Assembly (NCBI RefSeq): GCF_009914755.1
Contig: NC_060925.1
Source of the DNA: the human T2T-CHM13v2.0 reference genome, Homo sapiens
Strand: one strand, 5' to 3'
Length of the DNA stretch: 64,000 bases
Of the stretch, positions 39,576-53,230 are shown piece by piece; within the stretch, counting starts at the first letter, position 1; each line of letters begins with the position of its first letter. The position numbers were made by a program, and so were the translations under genes. The notes under the pieces were generated by a model that was given only the letters and a program-made list of their open reading frames with translations, was not told the DNA's origin and did not search any database.

Positions 39576-42500
39576 TCAATAAATTTAAATAAATAATATA
39601 TAACATTCAAACATGAAGGAGAAATAAGACTTTCCCAGACAAATGAAAGCTCAAGAATTTCATCAACCCAGAACTGTCCTATAAGAATGTTAAAGGGAAT
39701 TTTTCAATCTGAAAGAAAACAACATTAATGAGCAATACGAAATCACCTGAAGGTATAAAACTCACTGGTAATAGTGAGTACACAAAAAACACAGAATATT
39801 ATAACATTGTAATTGTAGTGTGTAAATCATTCATATCCTGAATAGAAAGATTAAAAGATGAACATACCAAAACTAATAACTACAACAACTTTTCAAGACA
39901 TAGACAGTATAAGATATAAATAAAAACAACAAAAAGTTAAAAAATGGTGGGATAAAGCTAAAGGGTAGTTTTTATTGATTTTCTCATTGCTTGTTAGATT
40001 GTTTTTGCAATCAATGTTAAGTTGTCATCAGTTTGAAATAATGGGTTATAAGATGTTATTGGAAAGCCTCATGGTAACCTCAAATCAGAAAACATAAAAC
40101 AGATATACAAAAAATAAAAAGCAGCAAATTAAAACATACCAGCAGGGAAAATTATCTTAACTAATAGGAAGACAAGAAGGAAGGAAAGAAGGAGGAGAAG
40201 GCCACAAAACAATGAGAAAACAAACAACAAAATGGCAGGAGTAAGTCCTTACTTCTCAGTAATAACATAGTCAGTATAAATTGACTAAATTCTCTAATCA
40301 AAAGACATGAAATGAATGCGTGGATTACAAAACAAGACACAACAATCTGTTGTTTGCAAAAAAAATTCACTTGTAAAGAAACACATATATAAAGACTGAA
40401 AGTAAAAGCATAGAAAAAGACATTCCACGCAAATAGAAAGCAAAAATGATGAAGAGTAGCATACTTACATCAGACAAAATATATTTCAAGACAAAAACTA
40501 TAAAAAGAGACAATAATGATAAAGGGGTCATTTCAGCAAAGGGATATAACAGTCATAAGTATATGTGCACCCAACCCTGGAACACCCAGATATATAAAGC
40601 AAATATTATTAAAGAGAAAGAGAAAGACAGACTCTAATACAATAATACCTGGAGACAGCCCACTTCCAGTGTTGGACAGATCATCCAGACACAAAATCAA
40701 CAAAGAAACATCAGACTTAATCTGCACTACAGAACAAATCGGCCTAATAGATATTTACAGAACATTTCATTCAACAGCTGCAGAAAACACATTCTTCTCT
40801 TCAGCACATGGATTATTCTCAAGGACAGATCATGTCTTAGGCCACAAAACAAGTAATAAAACATTCAAGAAATTGCAATAATATGAGGTATGTTCTGTGA
40901 CCACAATGGAATAAAACTACTAATCAATAAAAAGAAGAAATTTGGAAACTATTCAAACACATGGAAATTAAACAATATGCTTCTGAGTGACCAGTGGGTC
41001 AATGAAAAAAATAAGAAATAAATTGAAAAATATCTTGGAACAAATAATAATAGAACCACAACATACTAAAACCTACGGGATAGAGTGAAAGTAGTACTAA
41101 GAGGGAAGTTTATAACTATAAGCACCTACATCAAGAAAGTAGAAAAATGTCAAATAAGAAAACTAATGATATACGCTAAAGAACTAGAAAAACAAGAGCA
41201 CACTAAACTCAAAATTAGTTGAAGAAAAGAAATAACAAAAATCAATGAACAAGAATGAAATGAAGAAAACAATACAAATGATCAACAAAACAAAAAAGTT
41301 GTTTTTTTAAAAAAATAAACATAATTGACAAACCTTTAGCCAGATTAAGAAAAAAGAGAGAATAGTCAAATAAATAAAATCAAAGATGAAAAGGGAGACA
41401 GTACCACCAATGCTGCAGAAATTCAAAGGATCATTAAAGGATACTATGAACAACTATATGCCAAGAAATTGGAAAACCTAGAAGAATGGATAAATGCTTA
41501 GATAAATACAACCTACCTGATTGAACCATAAAGAAATCCAAAATCTGAACAAACCAATAACAAACAACAATATTGAACCTGTAACAAAAAGTCTGCCAGC
41601 AAAGAAATGCCTGGGATCTGATGGCTTCACTACTGAATTTTACCAAAAATTTAATGAAGAACTAATACCAACCCTACTCAAACCATTCTGAAAAAATAGA
41701 GAAGGAAGGAATACTTCCAAACTCATTTTATGAGGCCAGTATTACCCTGATACCAAAACCAAACAAAGACAAATTAAAAAAAAAAAGAAACTGCAGGCCA
41801 ATATCCCTGATACACATTGATACAAAAATCCTCAACAAAATACTATCAAACTGAATTCAACAACACATTAAAAAGATCATTCATCATAACCAAGTGGGAT
41901 ATATCCCAGGGATGCAAGGATGGTTCAAAATATGAAAATCAATCAATATGATACATCACATCACCAGAATGAAGGACAAAAACCATATGATCATTTGCAT
42001 TGATGCTGAAAAAGCATTCAATAATTCAACATCCCTTCATGATTAAAACCCCTCAAAAAACTATGTATACAAGAAACATGCCTAAACACTATATAGCCAT
42101 GCATGACAGATTCTCAGCTAGTGTCATAGTGAATGGGGAAAAACTGAAAGCCTTTTCTCTAAGATCTGGGACATAACAAGGATGCCCACTTTCACCACTG
42201 TTGCTCAATATGGAGAAGTCCTAGCTAGAGCAATGAGTCAAGAGAAGGAAATAAAGGGCATCCAAATTGTAAAGGAAGAAGTCAAGTTATCCTTGTCTGA
42301 AGATGATATGAACTTATATTTGGAAAAACCTAAAGATTTCACCAAAAAAACTATTAGAACTAATAAACAAATTGAGTTTATTAACTGAATAAACTGAATA
42401 TAAACATTTCAGGATACAAAGTCAACACACAAATATCTGCAGCATTTCTATATGCCAACAGTGAACAATCTGAAAGAGAAATTTAAAAAGTAATTCCACT

Positions 42501-44699
42501 TACAATAGCTATAAATAAAATTAAATACCTATGAATTAACCAAAGAACTGAAAGATCTCTACAATGAAAACTATAAAACTTTGGCAAAAGAAATTGAAGA
42601 CACAAAAATATGAAAAGATATTTCATATTCATGGGTTGGAACAATTAATACTGTTAAAATGTTCATACTACCCAAAGCAATCTACATATTCAACACAATC
42701 CATATCAAAATGCCAATGACATTCTTCAAAGAAATAGAAGAAACAATCAAAAAATGTATATGGAACCACAAAAGACCCAGAATAGCCAAAGCTATCCTGA
42801 GCAAAAATAAAACAAAACTGGAGGAATCACAATACCTGACTTCAAATTATACTACAGAGCTATAATAACCAAAACAGCATGGTAACTGGCACAAGAACAG
42901 ACACATGGACCAAGGGAACAAAATAAAGAACCCAGAAATAAATCCATACATCTACAGCAAACTTATTTTCAACAAAGGTGACAAGAACACACATTGGGAA
43001 AAGGATAGTCTCTTCAATATACGGTGCTGAGAAAACTGGATATACACATGCAGAATAAAACTAGACCCCCATCTCTCATCACATTCCAAAATCAAATCAA
43101 AATGGAGTAAAAACTTAACTATATCACTTCAAAGTATAAAACTACTAAAAGAAAACATTACAGAAACTTTCCAGGACATTGGACTGGCCAAAGATTTATT
43201 GAATAATATCCCGCAAGCACAAGCAGCCAAAGCAAAAATGGACAAACAGCATCACATCAAGTTAAAAATCATCTGCACCTCAAAGGAAACAATCAACAAA
43301 GTTGATTGACAACAACAAAGTTGAAAAGACAACCCACAGAATGAGAAAAAATATTTACAAACAATTTATCTGACAAGAGATTAATAACTAGAGTATATAA
43401 GGAATTCAAACAGCTCTATAGGAAAAAATGTAATAATCCAATTTAAAAATGGGAAAAATATCTGCATAGACATTTCTCAAAAGAAGACATACAAATGGAA
43501 AATAGGTATATGAAAAGGTGTTCAATATCATTGATCAGCAGAGAAATGCAAATTAAAACTGCAATGAGATACCTCACCCCAGTTAAAATGGCTTTTATCC
43601 AAAAGACAGGCAAAAGCAAATGTTGGCGAGGATGTGGAGAAAAGGGAACCTCACACACTGCTGGTGGTAATGTAAATTAGCACAACCACTATGGAGAATA
43701 TTTTCAAAGTTCCTAAAAAAATAGAGCTACCATAAGATCCAGCAATCCTACTACTAGGGGGATTTCTACCCCAAAGAAAAGTAATCAATATAATAATGAG
43801 ATATCTGCACTTCCATGCTTATTGCAGCACTATTCACAATAACCAAGATTTGAAAGCAACCTATGTGGCCATCAGCAGACAAATGGACAAGGAAAATGTC
43901 ATACATAAATAGCACACAATGGAGTACTATTTAGCCACAAAAAGAAGAATGAGATTCTGTCATTTGCAACCACATGGATGGAACTGGAGACCATTATGTT
44001 AAGTGAAATAAGCCAGGCACAGAAAGACAAACTTTGCATGTTCTCATTTATTTCTGGGAGCTAAAAACTAAAACAATTGAACTCATGGAGATAGGGAGTA
44101 GAAGGATGGTTTACCAGAGGCTGGGAAGAGTAGTGGGGGAGAGGGGAAGTGGGGATGTTTAATGGGTACAAAAAATAATTATACAGAATGAATAAGATCT
44201 AGTATTTGATAGCACAACAGGGTGACTATAGTCAACAATAATTTGTTGTACATTTAAAAATAACTAAGAGTGTAATTGGATTGTTTGTAACACAAAGGAT
44301 AAATGCTTGAGGTGATGGCTACCTCATTTACCCAAATGTGATTATTATGCACTGTATCCCTGTATCAAAATAAATCCATAAATCTATATATCTACTATGT
44401 ATCCACAAAAATAAAAAATAATAAATTTTATAAAGAATAAAAGAATTACTATAGAGGTGCAGCCACTAATTGCTACAGACTCACCACATGTGAAGGTTGC
44501 AAAATCCTTTTATGTCTACCCTGATCCTCATCTAGATTACCCAAGGCAACTAAGAGCCAATCTCTTTTTAAGTATGCTTTCTCTGTCAACAAATATTACC
44601 ATGAATATTTAGCAGTGTGTTAGAATTTTGAATCTCTCACTGTTGGGACAGTCTTCCTTGGGTCTCACAATAAAATGTCTACACTCTCTATACAATGTT

Positions 44700-44900
44700 T
44701 GAAAGCACTAGGTTTTGGAGTCAACACATCTGGGCTTGCTGATGATGTCTTGGAAAACTTTCCTAAGCCTCAGTTTCCTCAGCCGTAGAAAAGGGTAACA
44801 ATATTATCCCAACTCAATGGTTGCTGCGGGAGCTGAAAGAAATCATTTATTTAAAATACCCAACGCAGTTCCTAGAACACTGTAAGTTCTTGATATATGT
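44700..44900 (+). mobile_element. MIR SINE
   Basis: gaaagcactaggttttggagtca...ctaagcctcagtttcctca...gcagttcctagaacactgtaag. Confidence 0.75.
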
Positions 44901-45789
44901 CACCACCACTTCCAGCCATGACCGTCATCATTACCGGAGCACTATAGTAAGGGGCCCAGCTGGTAGCCTTTCTCTGCATTAAGCCCTCACTGACCCGAAT
45001 CTCACAAAGGTTTTCTCAGTCTTTTCTTCTGCAAACTGAATCACAACAGCTTCTCTCAAATATCTCAGCTTCCTCAGTTATTGAGTGATGTTTGTTTGTT
45101 GCACATATTTTTTAAGACACAAAAATAACAATACTAACTTCCTATTCTTACCATCTAGGCAATGCCAAGTTCGTATTTTTCTTTACTTTTTTCTTTCAGG
45201 GCCATCCTTGATCCATAATTCCAATTGGATTGCAAATAAAATACATATCTTATATAGTTACACCAGTTAGATTATTTTATATAATTTTCTGCAAATCTGT
45301 GTATTAATTACTTTCTAAATAGTAGTCACATTTTAAATATACCAAGAAAAGTGGTATTTGTGTATCCTATGGTGAATTGTTTTGTAAAGCAAAGCATTCA
45401 TCTTTAATATAATTATTCATTCCCTAATCTGTCTGTTTTATTACATTAAATTTTTATCATATTTGCTTAAAAGATGATCTATCTGTAGATTTTCTCAGCT
45501 ATTTGAATATTATACCCAGATGATAAAGCATATTCACTTAATTCTTTACCCTAGTGCTTTCTTCTCACCTTCCTTATGCTGTGTTATACATCTGTGTCTC
45601 TCTTTGATATGAAAGGTTACTAGAAAGGTGACTGAAACTGTCACTTGCCTTTCAAATACTAGGCCTACATAGAAATCAGTTGAACAGATGATTGGAAAGG
45701 TTTAAGCTATGTCTCTGTTGATAAAAGCCAAGCTTTAAGAGAATTATAATTTAGTCTTCAAACCACTTTTCTTGGGTGAGAGCCAGTAT

Positions 45790-45854
45790 TATAATTGTAA
45801 TTAAAAGAATGATAATTATGCCACTTTAATCTATTTTACATAAATCTGAATAAT
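45790..45854 (+). repeat. left copy of a 65-bp direct repeat flanking L1PA7 (right copy 52199-52263)
   Basis: Ungapped alignment, 59/65 identical by manual count. Confidence 0.9.
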
Positions 45855-47180
45855 GCCTGGGCAATAATTCCCAGGCAAGATGGCCAAATAGAAACAGCTC
45901 CGGTCTGCAACTCCCAACGAGACCAACACAGAAGGCAGGTGATTTCTGCATTTCCAACTTAGGTACCCGGTTCATCTCCCTGGGACTGGTTAGACAGTGA
46001 GTGCAGCCCATGGAGGGTGAGCAGAAGCAGGGTGGGGTGTCGCCTCACCTGGGGAGCTCAAAGTGTTGGGGAACTCCCTCCCCTAGCCAAGGGAAGCCAT
46101 GAGGGACTGTGTCATAAGGGATGGTGCTATCCGGCCCAGATAATATGATTTTCCCATGGTCTTCACAACCCGCAGACCAGGAGATTCCCTCGGGTGCCTA
46201 TACCACCACAAAACTGGGTGGCCATTTGGACAGACACCAAGCTAGCTGCAGGAGTTTCATATCCCAGTGGCGCCTGGAATGCTAGCGAGACAGAAACATT
46301 CACTGCCCTGGAAAGGGGGCAGAAGCCATGGAACCAAGTGGTCTTGCTCAGTGGATCCCACCCCCACAGAGCCCAACAAACTAAGATCCACTGGGTTGAA
46401 ATTCTTGCTGCCAGCACAGCAGTCTGAAGTCGACCTGGGACACTCGAGCTTAGTGGAGGGAGGAACATCCACCGTTACTGAGGCTTGAGTGGGCGATTTT
46501 CCCCTCACAGTGTAAACAAAGCTGTGGGAAAGTTTGAACTGGGCAGAGCCCACGGCAGCACTGCATAGCCGCTGTAGCCAGACTGCCTCTCTAGATTCCT
46601 CCTCTCTAGGCAGGGTATTTCTGAAAGAAAGGCAGCAGCCCCCAGTCAGGGGCTTATAGATAAAATTCCCATCTCCCTGGGACAGAGCACATTGGGAAAG
46701 GGGTGGCTGTGGGCGCAGCTTCAGCAGACTTAAACGTTCCTGCCTGCCAGCTCTGAAGAGAGCTGTGGATCTCCCAGCACAGCACTAAAGCCCTGCTAAG
46801 GTACAGACTGCCTTCTCAAGTGGGTTCCTAACCCCCATGCCTGCTGACAGGAAGACACCTCCCAGCAGGGGTTGACAGACACCTCATACAGGAGAGCTCT
46901 GGCTGGCATCTGGTGGGTGCCCCTCTGGGATGAAGCTTCCAGAGGAAGGAGCAGGCAGCAATATTTGCTGTTCTCCAGCCTCCGCTGGTGATACCCAGGA
47001 AAAAGGGTCTGGAGTGGACATCGAGCAAACTCCAGCAGACCTGCAGAAGAGAGACCTGACTGTTAGAAAGAAAACTAACAAACAGAAAGCAATAGCATCA
47101 ACATCAAAAAGGAAGACCAAGCAAAAACCCCATCCGAAGGTCACCAACATGAAAGACCAAAGGTAGATAAATCCATGAAC

Positions 47181-48203
47181 ATGAGAAAAACCAGTGCAAA
47201 AAGGCTGAAAATTCCAAAAACCATAAAGCCTCTTCTCCTCCAAAGGATCACAACTCCTCACCAGCAAGGGAACAAAAATGGATGGAGAAGGAGTTTGATG
47301 AATTGACGGAAGTAGGCTTCAGAAGGTGGGTAACAACAAACTACTCTGAGCTAAAGGAGCATATTCTAACCCAATGCAAGGAAGCTGAGAACCTTGATAA
47401 AAGGTTACATGAACTGCTAACTAGAATAACCAGTTTAGAGAAGAACATAAATGACCTGATGGAGCTGAAAAACATAGCAGAAGAACTTCGTGAGGCATAC
47501 GCAAGTATCAATAGCTAAATTAATTGAGCAGAAGAAAGGATACCAGAGATTGAAGATCAACTTATGAAATAAAGCATGAAGACAATATTAAGAAAAAAGA
47601 ATGAAAAGGAATGAACAAACCCTCCAAGACATATAGGACTATGTGAAAATACCAAACCTACGTTTGATTGGTGTACCTGAAAGTGACAGGGAGTATGGAA
47701 CCAAGTTGGAAAACACACTTCAGGATATTATCAAGGAGACCTACCTCAACCTAGCAAGACAGGCCAGCATTCAAATTCATGAAATACAGAGAACACCATA
47801 AAGATACTCCCTGAGAAGAGCAACCCCAAGACACATAATCGTCAGATTCACCATGGTTGAAATGACGGAAAAAATGTTAAGGGCAGCCAGAGAGAAAGGT
47901 TGGGTTACCCACAAAGGGAAGCTCATCAGACTAACAGTGGATCTCTCTGCAGAAACCCTACAAGCCAGAAGAGTGTGGGGGCCGTTATTCAACATTCTTA
48001 AAGAAAAGATTTTCAACCCAGAATTTCCTATCCAGCCAAACTCAGCTTCATAAGCAAAGGAGAAATAAAATCCTTTACAGACAAGCAAATGCTGAGAGAT
48101 TTTTGTCACCACCAGGCCTGCCTTACAAGAGCTCCTGAAGGAAGCATTAAATATGGAAAGAAAAAAACGGTACCAGCCACTGCAAAAACTTACCAAAACG
48201 TAA
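47181..48203 (+). pseudogene. L1 ORF1p remnant (frameshifts and stops)
   Basis: ORF pieces MEKEFDELTEVGFRRW... and KMLRAAREKG...DLSAETLQARR. Confidence 0.9.
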
Positions 48204-48266
48204 AGACCATTGGCACTATGAAGAAACTGCATCAACTAATGGGCAAGATAACCAGCTAGCATCATA

Positions 48267-51200
48267 ATGACTGGATCAAATTCACACATAACAATATTAA
48301 CCTTAAATGTAAATGGGCCAAATGCTTCAATTAAAAGACACAGACTGACAAATTGGATAGAGTCAAGACCCATCACTGTGCTGTATTCAGGAGACCTATC
48401 TCACATGCAAAGACACACATAGGCTCAAAATAAAGGGATGGAGAAATATTTACCAAACAAATGGAAAGCCAAAAAAAAAAAAAAAAAAAAAAGCAGAGGT
48501 TGCAATCCTACTCTGATAAAACAGACTAAGCCAACAAAGATCCAAAAAGACAAAGAAGGGCATTCCATAATGGTAAAGGGATCAATGCAACAAGAAGAGC
48601 TAACTATCTTAAATGTGTATGCACCCAATACAGGAGCACCCAGGTTCGTAAAGCAAGTCCTTGGGGACCTACAAAGAGACTTAGACATCCACACAATAAT
48701 AATGGGAGCCTTTAACACCCCACTGTCAATATTAGACAGATCAATGAGACAGAAGGTTAACAAGGATATCCAGGACTTGAACTCAGCTCTGGACCAAGTG
48801 GGCCTAATGGAAATCTACACTTCTCAGCAAATGTAAAGGAATGGAAATCATAACAAACAGTCTCTCAGACCACAGTGCAATCAAATTAGAACTCGGGATT
48901 AAAAAAACTCACTCAAAACTGCACTACTACATGGAAACTGAACAACCTGCTCCCAAATTACTACTGGGTAAATAATGAAATTAAGGAAGAAATAAATAAG
49001 TTCTTTGAAACCAATGAGAACAAAGACACAATGTACCAGAATCTCTGGGACACAGCTAAAGCTATGGTTAGAGGGAAATTTATAGCACTAAATGCCCACA
49101 GGAGGAAGCAGGAAAGATCTAAAATTGACATCCTAAAATCACAATTAAAAGAACTAGAGAAGCAAGAGCAAACACATTCAAAAGCTAGCAGAAGACAACA
49201 AATAACTAAGATTAGAGCTGAAATGAAGGAGATAGAGACACGAAAAACCCTTCAAAAAAATCATTGAATCCAGGAGCTGGTTTTTTGAAAAGATTAACAA
49301 AATACATAGACCACTAGCCAGACTAATAAAGAAGAAAAGAGAGAAGAATCAAATAGACACAATAAAAAATGATAAAGGGAATACCACCACTGATCCCACA
49401 GAAATAAAACTACCATCAAAGCATACTATAAACACCTCTACGCAAATCAACTAGAAAATCTAGAAGAAATGGATAAATTCCTGGACACATACACCCTCCC
49501 AAGACTAAACCAGGAAGAAGTCAAATCCCTGAATAGACCAATAACAAGTTCTGAAATTGAGGCAGTAACTAATAGCCCACCAACCCAAAAAAGACCAGGA
49601 ACAGATGGATTCACAGCCGAATTCTACCAGAGGTACAAAGAGGAGCTGGTATCATTCCATCTAAAACTACTCCAAACAACAGAAAAAAAGGGACTTCTCC
49701 CTAACTCATTTTATGAGGCCAGCATCATCATGATACCAAAACCTGGCAGAGACATGACAAAAAAGGAAAAATTCAGGCCAATATCCCTGATGAACATCAA
49801 TGTGAAAATCCTCAATAAAATACTGGCAAACTGAATCCAGTAGCACATTAAAAAGCTTATCTACCATGATCAAGTCGGCTTCATCTCTGGGATGCAAAGT
49901 TGGTTAAACATACGCAAATCAATAAACAGAACCAATGACAAAAACCAGATGATTATCTCGATAGATGCAGAAAAGGCCTTCGATAAAATTCAACACCACT
50001 TCATGCTAAAAACACTCAATAAACTAGGTATTGATGGAACATATCTCAAAATAGTAAGAGCTATTTATGACAAACCCACAGCCAATATTATACTGAATTG
50101 GCAAAAGCTGGAAGCATTCCCTTTGAAAACCGGCAAAAGACTAGGATGCCCTCTCTCACCACTCCTATTCAACATAGTATTGGAAGTTCTGGCCAGGGCA
50201 ATCAGACAAGAGAAAGAAATAAAGCGTATTCAAATAGGAAGAGAGGAAGTCAAATTATCTCTGTTAGCAGATGACATGATTGTATATTTAGAAAACCCCA
50301 TCGTCTCAGCCCTAAAACTCCTTAAGCTGATAAATAACTTCAGCAAATTCTCAGGATATAAAATCAATGTGCAAAAATCAAAGCATTCCTATACACCAAT
50401 AATAGACAAACAGCGAAATCATGAGTGAGCTTCTATTCACAATTGCTACAAAGAGAATAAAATACCTAAGAATCCAAATTACAAGGGATGTGAAGGACCT
50501 CTTCAAGGAGAACTAGAAACCACTGCTCAACAAAATAAAAGAGGAGACAAACAAATGGAAGAACATTCCAGGCTCATGGATAGGAAGAATCAATATCGTG
50601 AAAATGGCCATACTGCCCAAGGTAATTTATAGATTCAATGCCATCCCCATCAAGCTACCAATGACTTTCTTCAAAGAATTGGAAAAAAACTGCTTTAAAG
50701 TTCATATGGAACCAAAAAAGAGCCCATATTGCCAAGACAATCCTAAGCAAAAAGAACAAAGCTGGAGGCATCACACTACCTGACTTCAAACTGTACTACA
50801 AGTCTACAGTAACCAAAACAGCATGGTACTGATATTAAAACAGATATATAGACCAATGGAACAGAACAGAGGCCTCAGAAATAACACCACACATCTACAG
50901 CCATCTGATCTTTGAAGAACCTAACAAAAACAAGCAATGGGGAAAGGATTTCCTATTTAACAATTGGTGTTGACAAAACTGGCTAGCCATATGCAGAAAA
51001 CTGAAACTGGACCCCTTCCTTACACCTTATACAAAAATTAACTCAAAATGGTTTAAAGATTTAAACATAAGACCTAAAACCATAAAAACCCTGGAAGAAA
51101 ACCTAGGCAATACCATTCAGGACATAGGCATGGGCAAAGACTTCATGACTAAAACACCAAAAGCAATGGCAACAAAAGCCAAAATAGACAAATGGAATCT

Positions 51201-51987
51201 AATTAAACTAAAGAGCTTCTGCACAGCAAAAGCAGCTATGACCAGAGTGAACAGGCAACCTACAGAATGGGAGAAAAGTTTTGCAATCTATCCATCTGAC
51301 AAAGGGCTAATATCCAGAATATACAAGGAACTTAAACAAATTTACAAGAAAAAAAACAAATAACCCCATCAAAAAGTGGGTGAAGGATATGAACAGAAAC
51401 TTTTCAAAAAAAGACATTTAGTCAGCCAACAAACATATAAAAAAAGCTCATCATCACTGGTCATTAGAGAAATGCAAATCAAAACCACAGTGAGATACCA
51501 TCTCACACCAGTTAGAATGGCAATCATTAAAAAGTCAGGAAACAGATGATGGAGAGGATGTGGGGAAATAGGAATTATTTTACACTGTTGGTGGGAGCGT
51601 AAATTAGTTCAATCATTGTGGAAGACAGTGTGGTGATTCCTCAAGGATCTAGAACTGGAAATACCATTTGACCCAGCAATCCCATTACTGGGTATATACC
51701 CAAAGGATTATAAATCATTCTGCTATAAAGACACAAGCACATGTATGTTTATTGCGGCACTCTTCACAATAGCAAAGACTTGGAACCAGCCTAAATGCCC
51801 ATCAATGATAGACTGGATTAAGAAAATGTGGCACATATACACCATGGAATACTATGCAGCCGACAAGAAAGATGAGTATATGTCCTTTGCAGGAACATGG
51901 ATGAAGCTAGAAACCATCATTCTCAGCAAACTAACACAAGAACAGAAAACCAAACACTGCATGTTCTCACTCATAAGTGGGAGTTGA
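48267..51987 (+). pseudogene. L1 ORF2p remnant (EN/RT; multiple stops, internal deletion near 48820)
   Basis: ORF pieces [41 protein letters not shown]...ADDMIVYL and MFSLISGS. Confidence 0.9.
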
Positions 51988-52571
51988 TCAATGAGAACAC
52001 ATGGACACAGGGAGGGGAACATCACACACCGGGGCCTGTCGGGGGGTGGGGGGCTAGGGGACGGATAGCGTTAAGAGAAATACCTAATGTAGACGACGAG
52101 TTGATGGGTGCAGCAAACCACCATGGCACTTTCACACCTATGTAACAAACCTGCACTTTCTGCACATGTATTCCAGAACTTAAAGTATAAAATATATATA
52201 TAATTGTAATTAAGAGTATGATAATTATGCCATTTTAATCTATTGCACATAAATCTAAATAATACATTCAAGTGGCCCTAACTTCACATATTTAAAAATT
52301 AGTGCAATTAATTAGTGTAAATGTATTCTGACCCTATATTTTTGACACGACAGACATGAAATGTACAACAGTGCTTGCAATCAATCAGCTGAATTACCTT
52401 CCAGAAGACATTCCACAAAGACATCTTGTATGAGGCAGTCTTCTATTCCTGGACATTGAAGTGTCAAATTAAATAATCTGGGCCTCAAGAGAAGACTACT
52501 CTGATTAGGAGTTTGAGACTTTGAGGACATGTTGAATGTGGCATTAGATTGGGGGTGCATGTGTTTGGGGT

Positions 52572-52935
52572 TGCTATGGTTTGAATGCGTGCCCAAAGTT
52601 CATTCACGGGAAACTTAATCCCCAGTGCAACAGTGTTAAGAGGTAGGACCTTTAAAAGGTGACTGGGTCATGAGGGCAGAGCCCTCATGAATGGATTAAT
52701 GTCACTACTATCATGGGAATGGGTTTGTTATAAAAGTTAGGTCGGCCCACTCTTGCTCTCTCTTGCCCTCTCACCTTCCACCATGGAGTGACATAGCAAG
52801 AAGGGCATCCTATCAGATGCGATCCTTCAATCTTGGACTTCCCAGTCTCCAGAACTGTAAGAAATAAGTCTCTGTTCTTTATAAATTATCTAGTTTCAGG
52901 TATTCTGTTATAGCAGCAAAAAACAGACTAAGACA
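52572..52935 (+). mobile_element. MSTD-like MaLR solo LTR
   Basis: TG...CA ends; perfect 5-bp TSD ggggt at 52567-52571 and 52936-52940. Confidence 0.9.
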
Positions 52936-53084
52936 GGGGTAAAAGGAGGGCAGATGGCTGGCTTAAGTAATAGAAAGGGGATAGTTCAGTAGGGGTGCAG
53001 AACCTGGGATTCCCACAGGCTCAAGAATATGCAACCTCAGACTATTCTAATAAAGCACTCTAACATGAATTATGTTCTAACTCT

Positions 53085-53230
53085 GTTCCAGACATATTGC
53101 TAAGCATTGAGCAAGCATTTTTACCCCCTTTGATCCTCACAACTCTTCCTCAGAGATAAGCACTATAGTCTCCATTGCACACAGGAGGAAACTGAGGCTC
53201 AGAAACGTTAGTTTGCCCAATCCCATGCAA
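53085..53230 (-). mobile_element. MIR SINE
   Basis: ttgatcctcacaac...ggaggaaactgaggctcagaaacgttagtttgcccaa. Confidence 0.8.

Larger units (their letters stand above)
37745..44430 (+). mobile_element. L1MA3-like element, 5'-truncated within ORF1, ORFs disrupted
   Basis: ORF1, inter-ORF and ORF2 fragments (e.g. ORF 40516-40881, endonuclease-like), and 3' UTR ggataaatgcttgaggtgatgg...ctactatgtatccacaaaaat. Confidence 0.9.
45868..52198 (+). mobile_element. full-length L1PA7-like LINE-1 (inactive)
   Basis: 5' UTR starts ...caagatggccaaatagaaacagctccgg (YY1 motif at 45876-45885); ORF1 and ORF2 remnants; PA7-type 3' UTR gaaatacctaatgtagacgacgagttgatgggtgcagcaaaccacc. Confidence 0.95.

Noticed and set aside
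45868-52198. Retrotransposition-competent L1
   Set aside because: Both ORFs are broken by stops and frameshifts, with a deletion in the endonuclease region.
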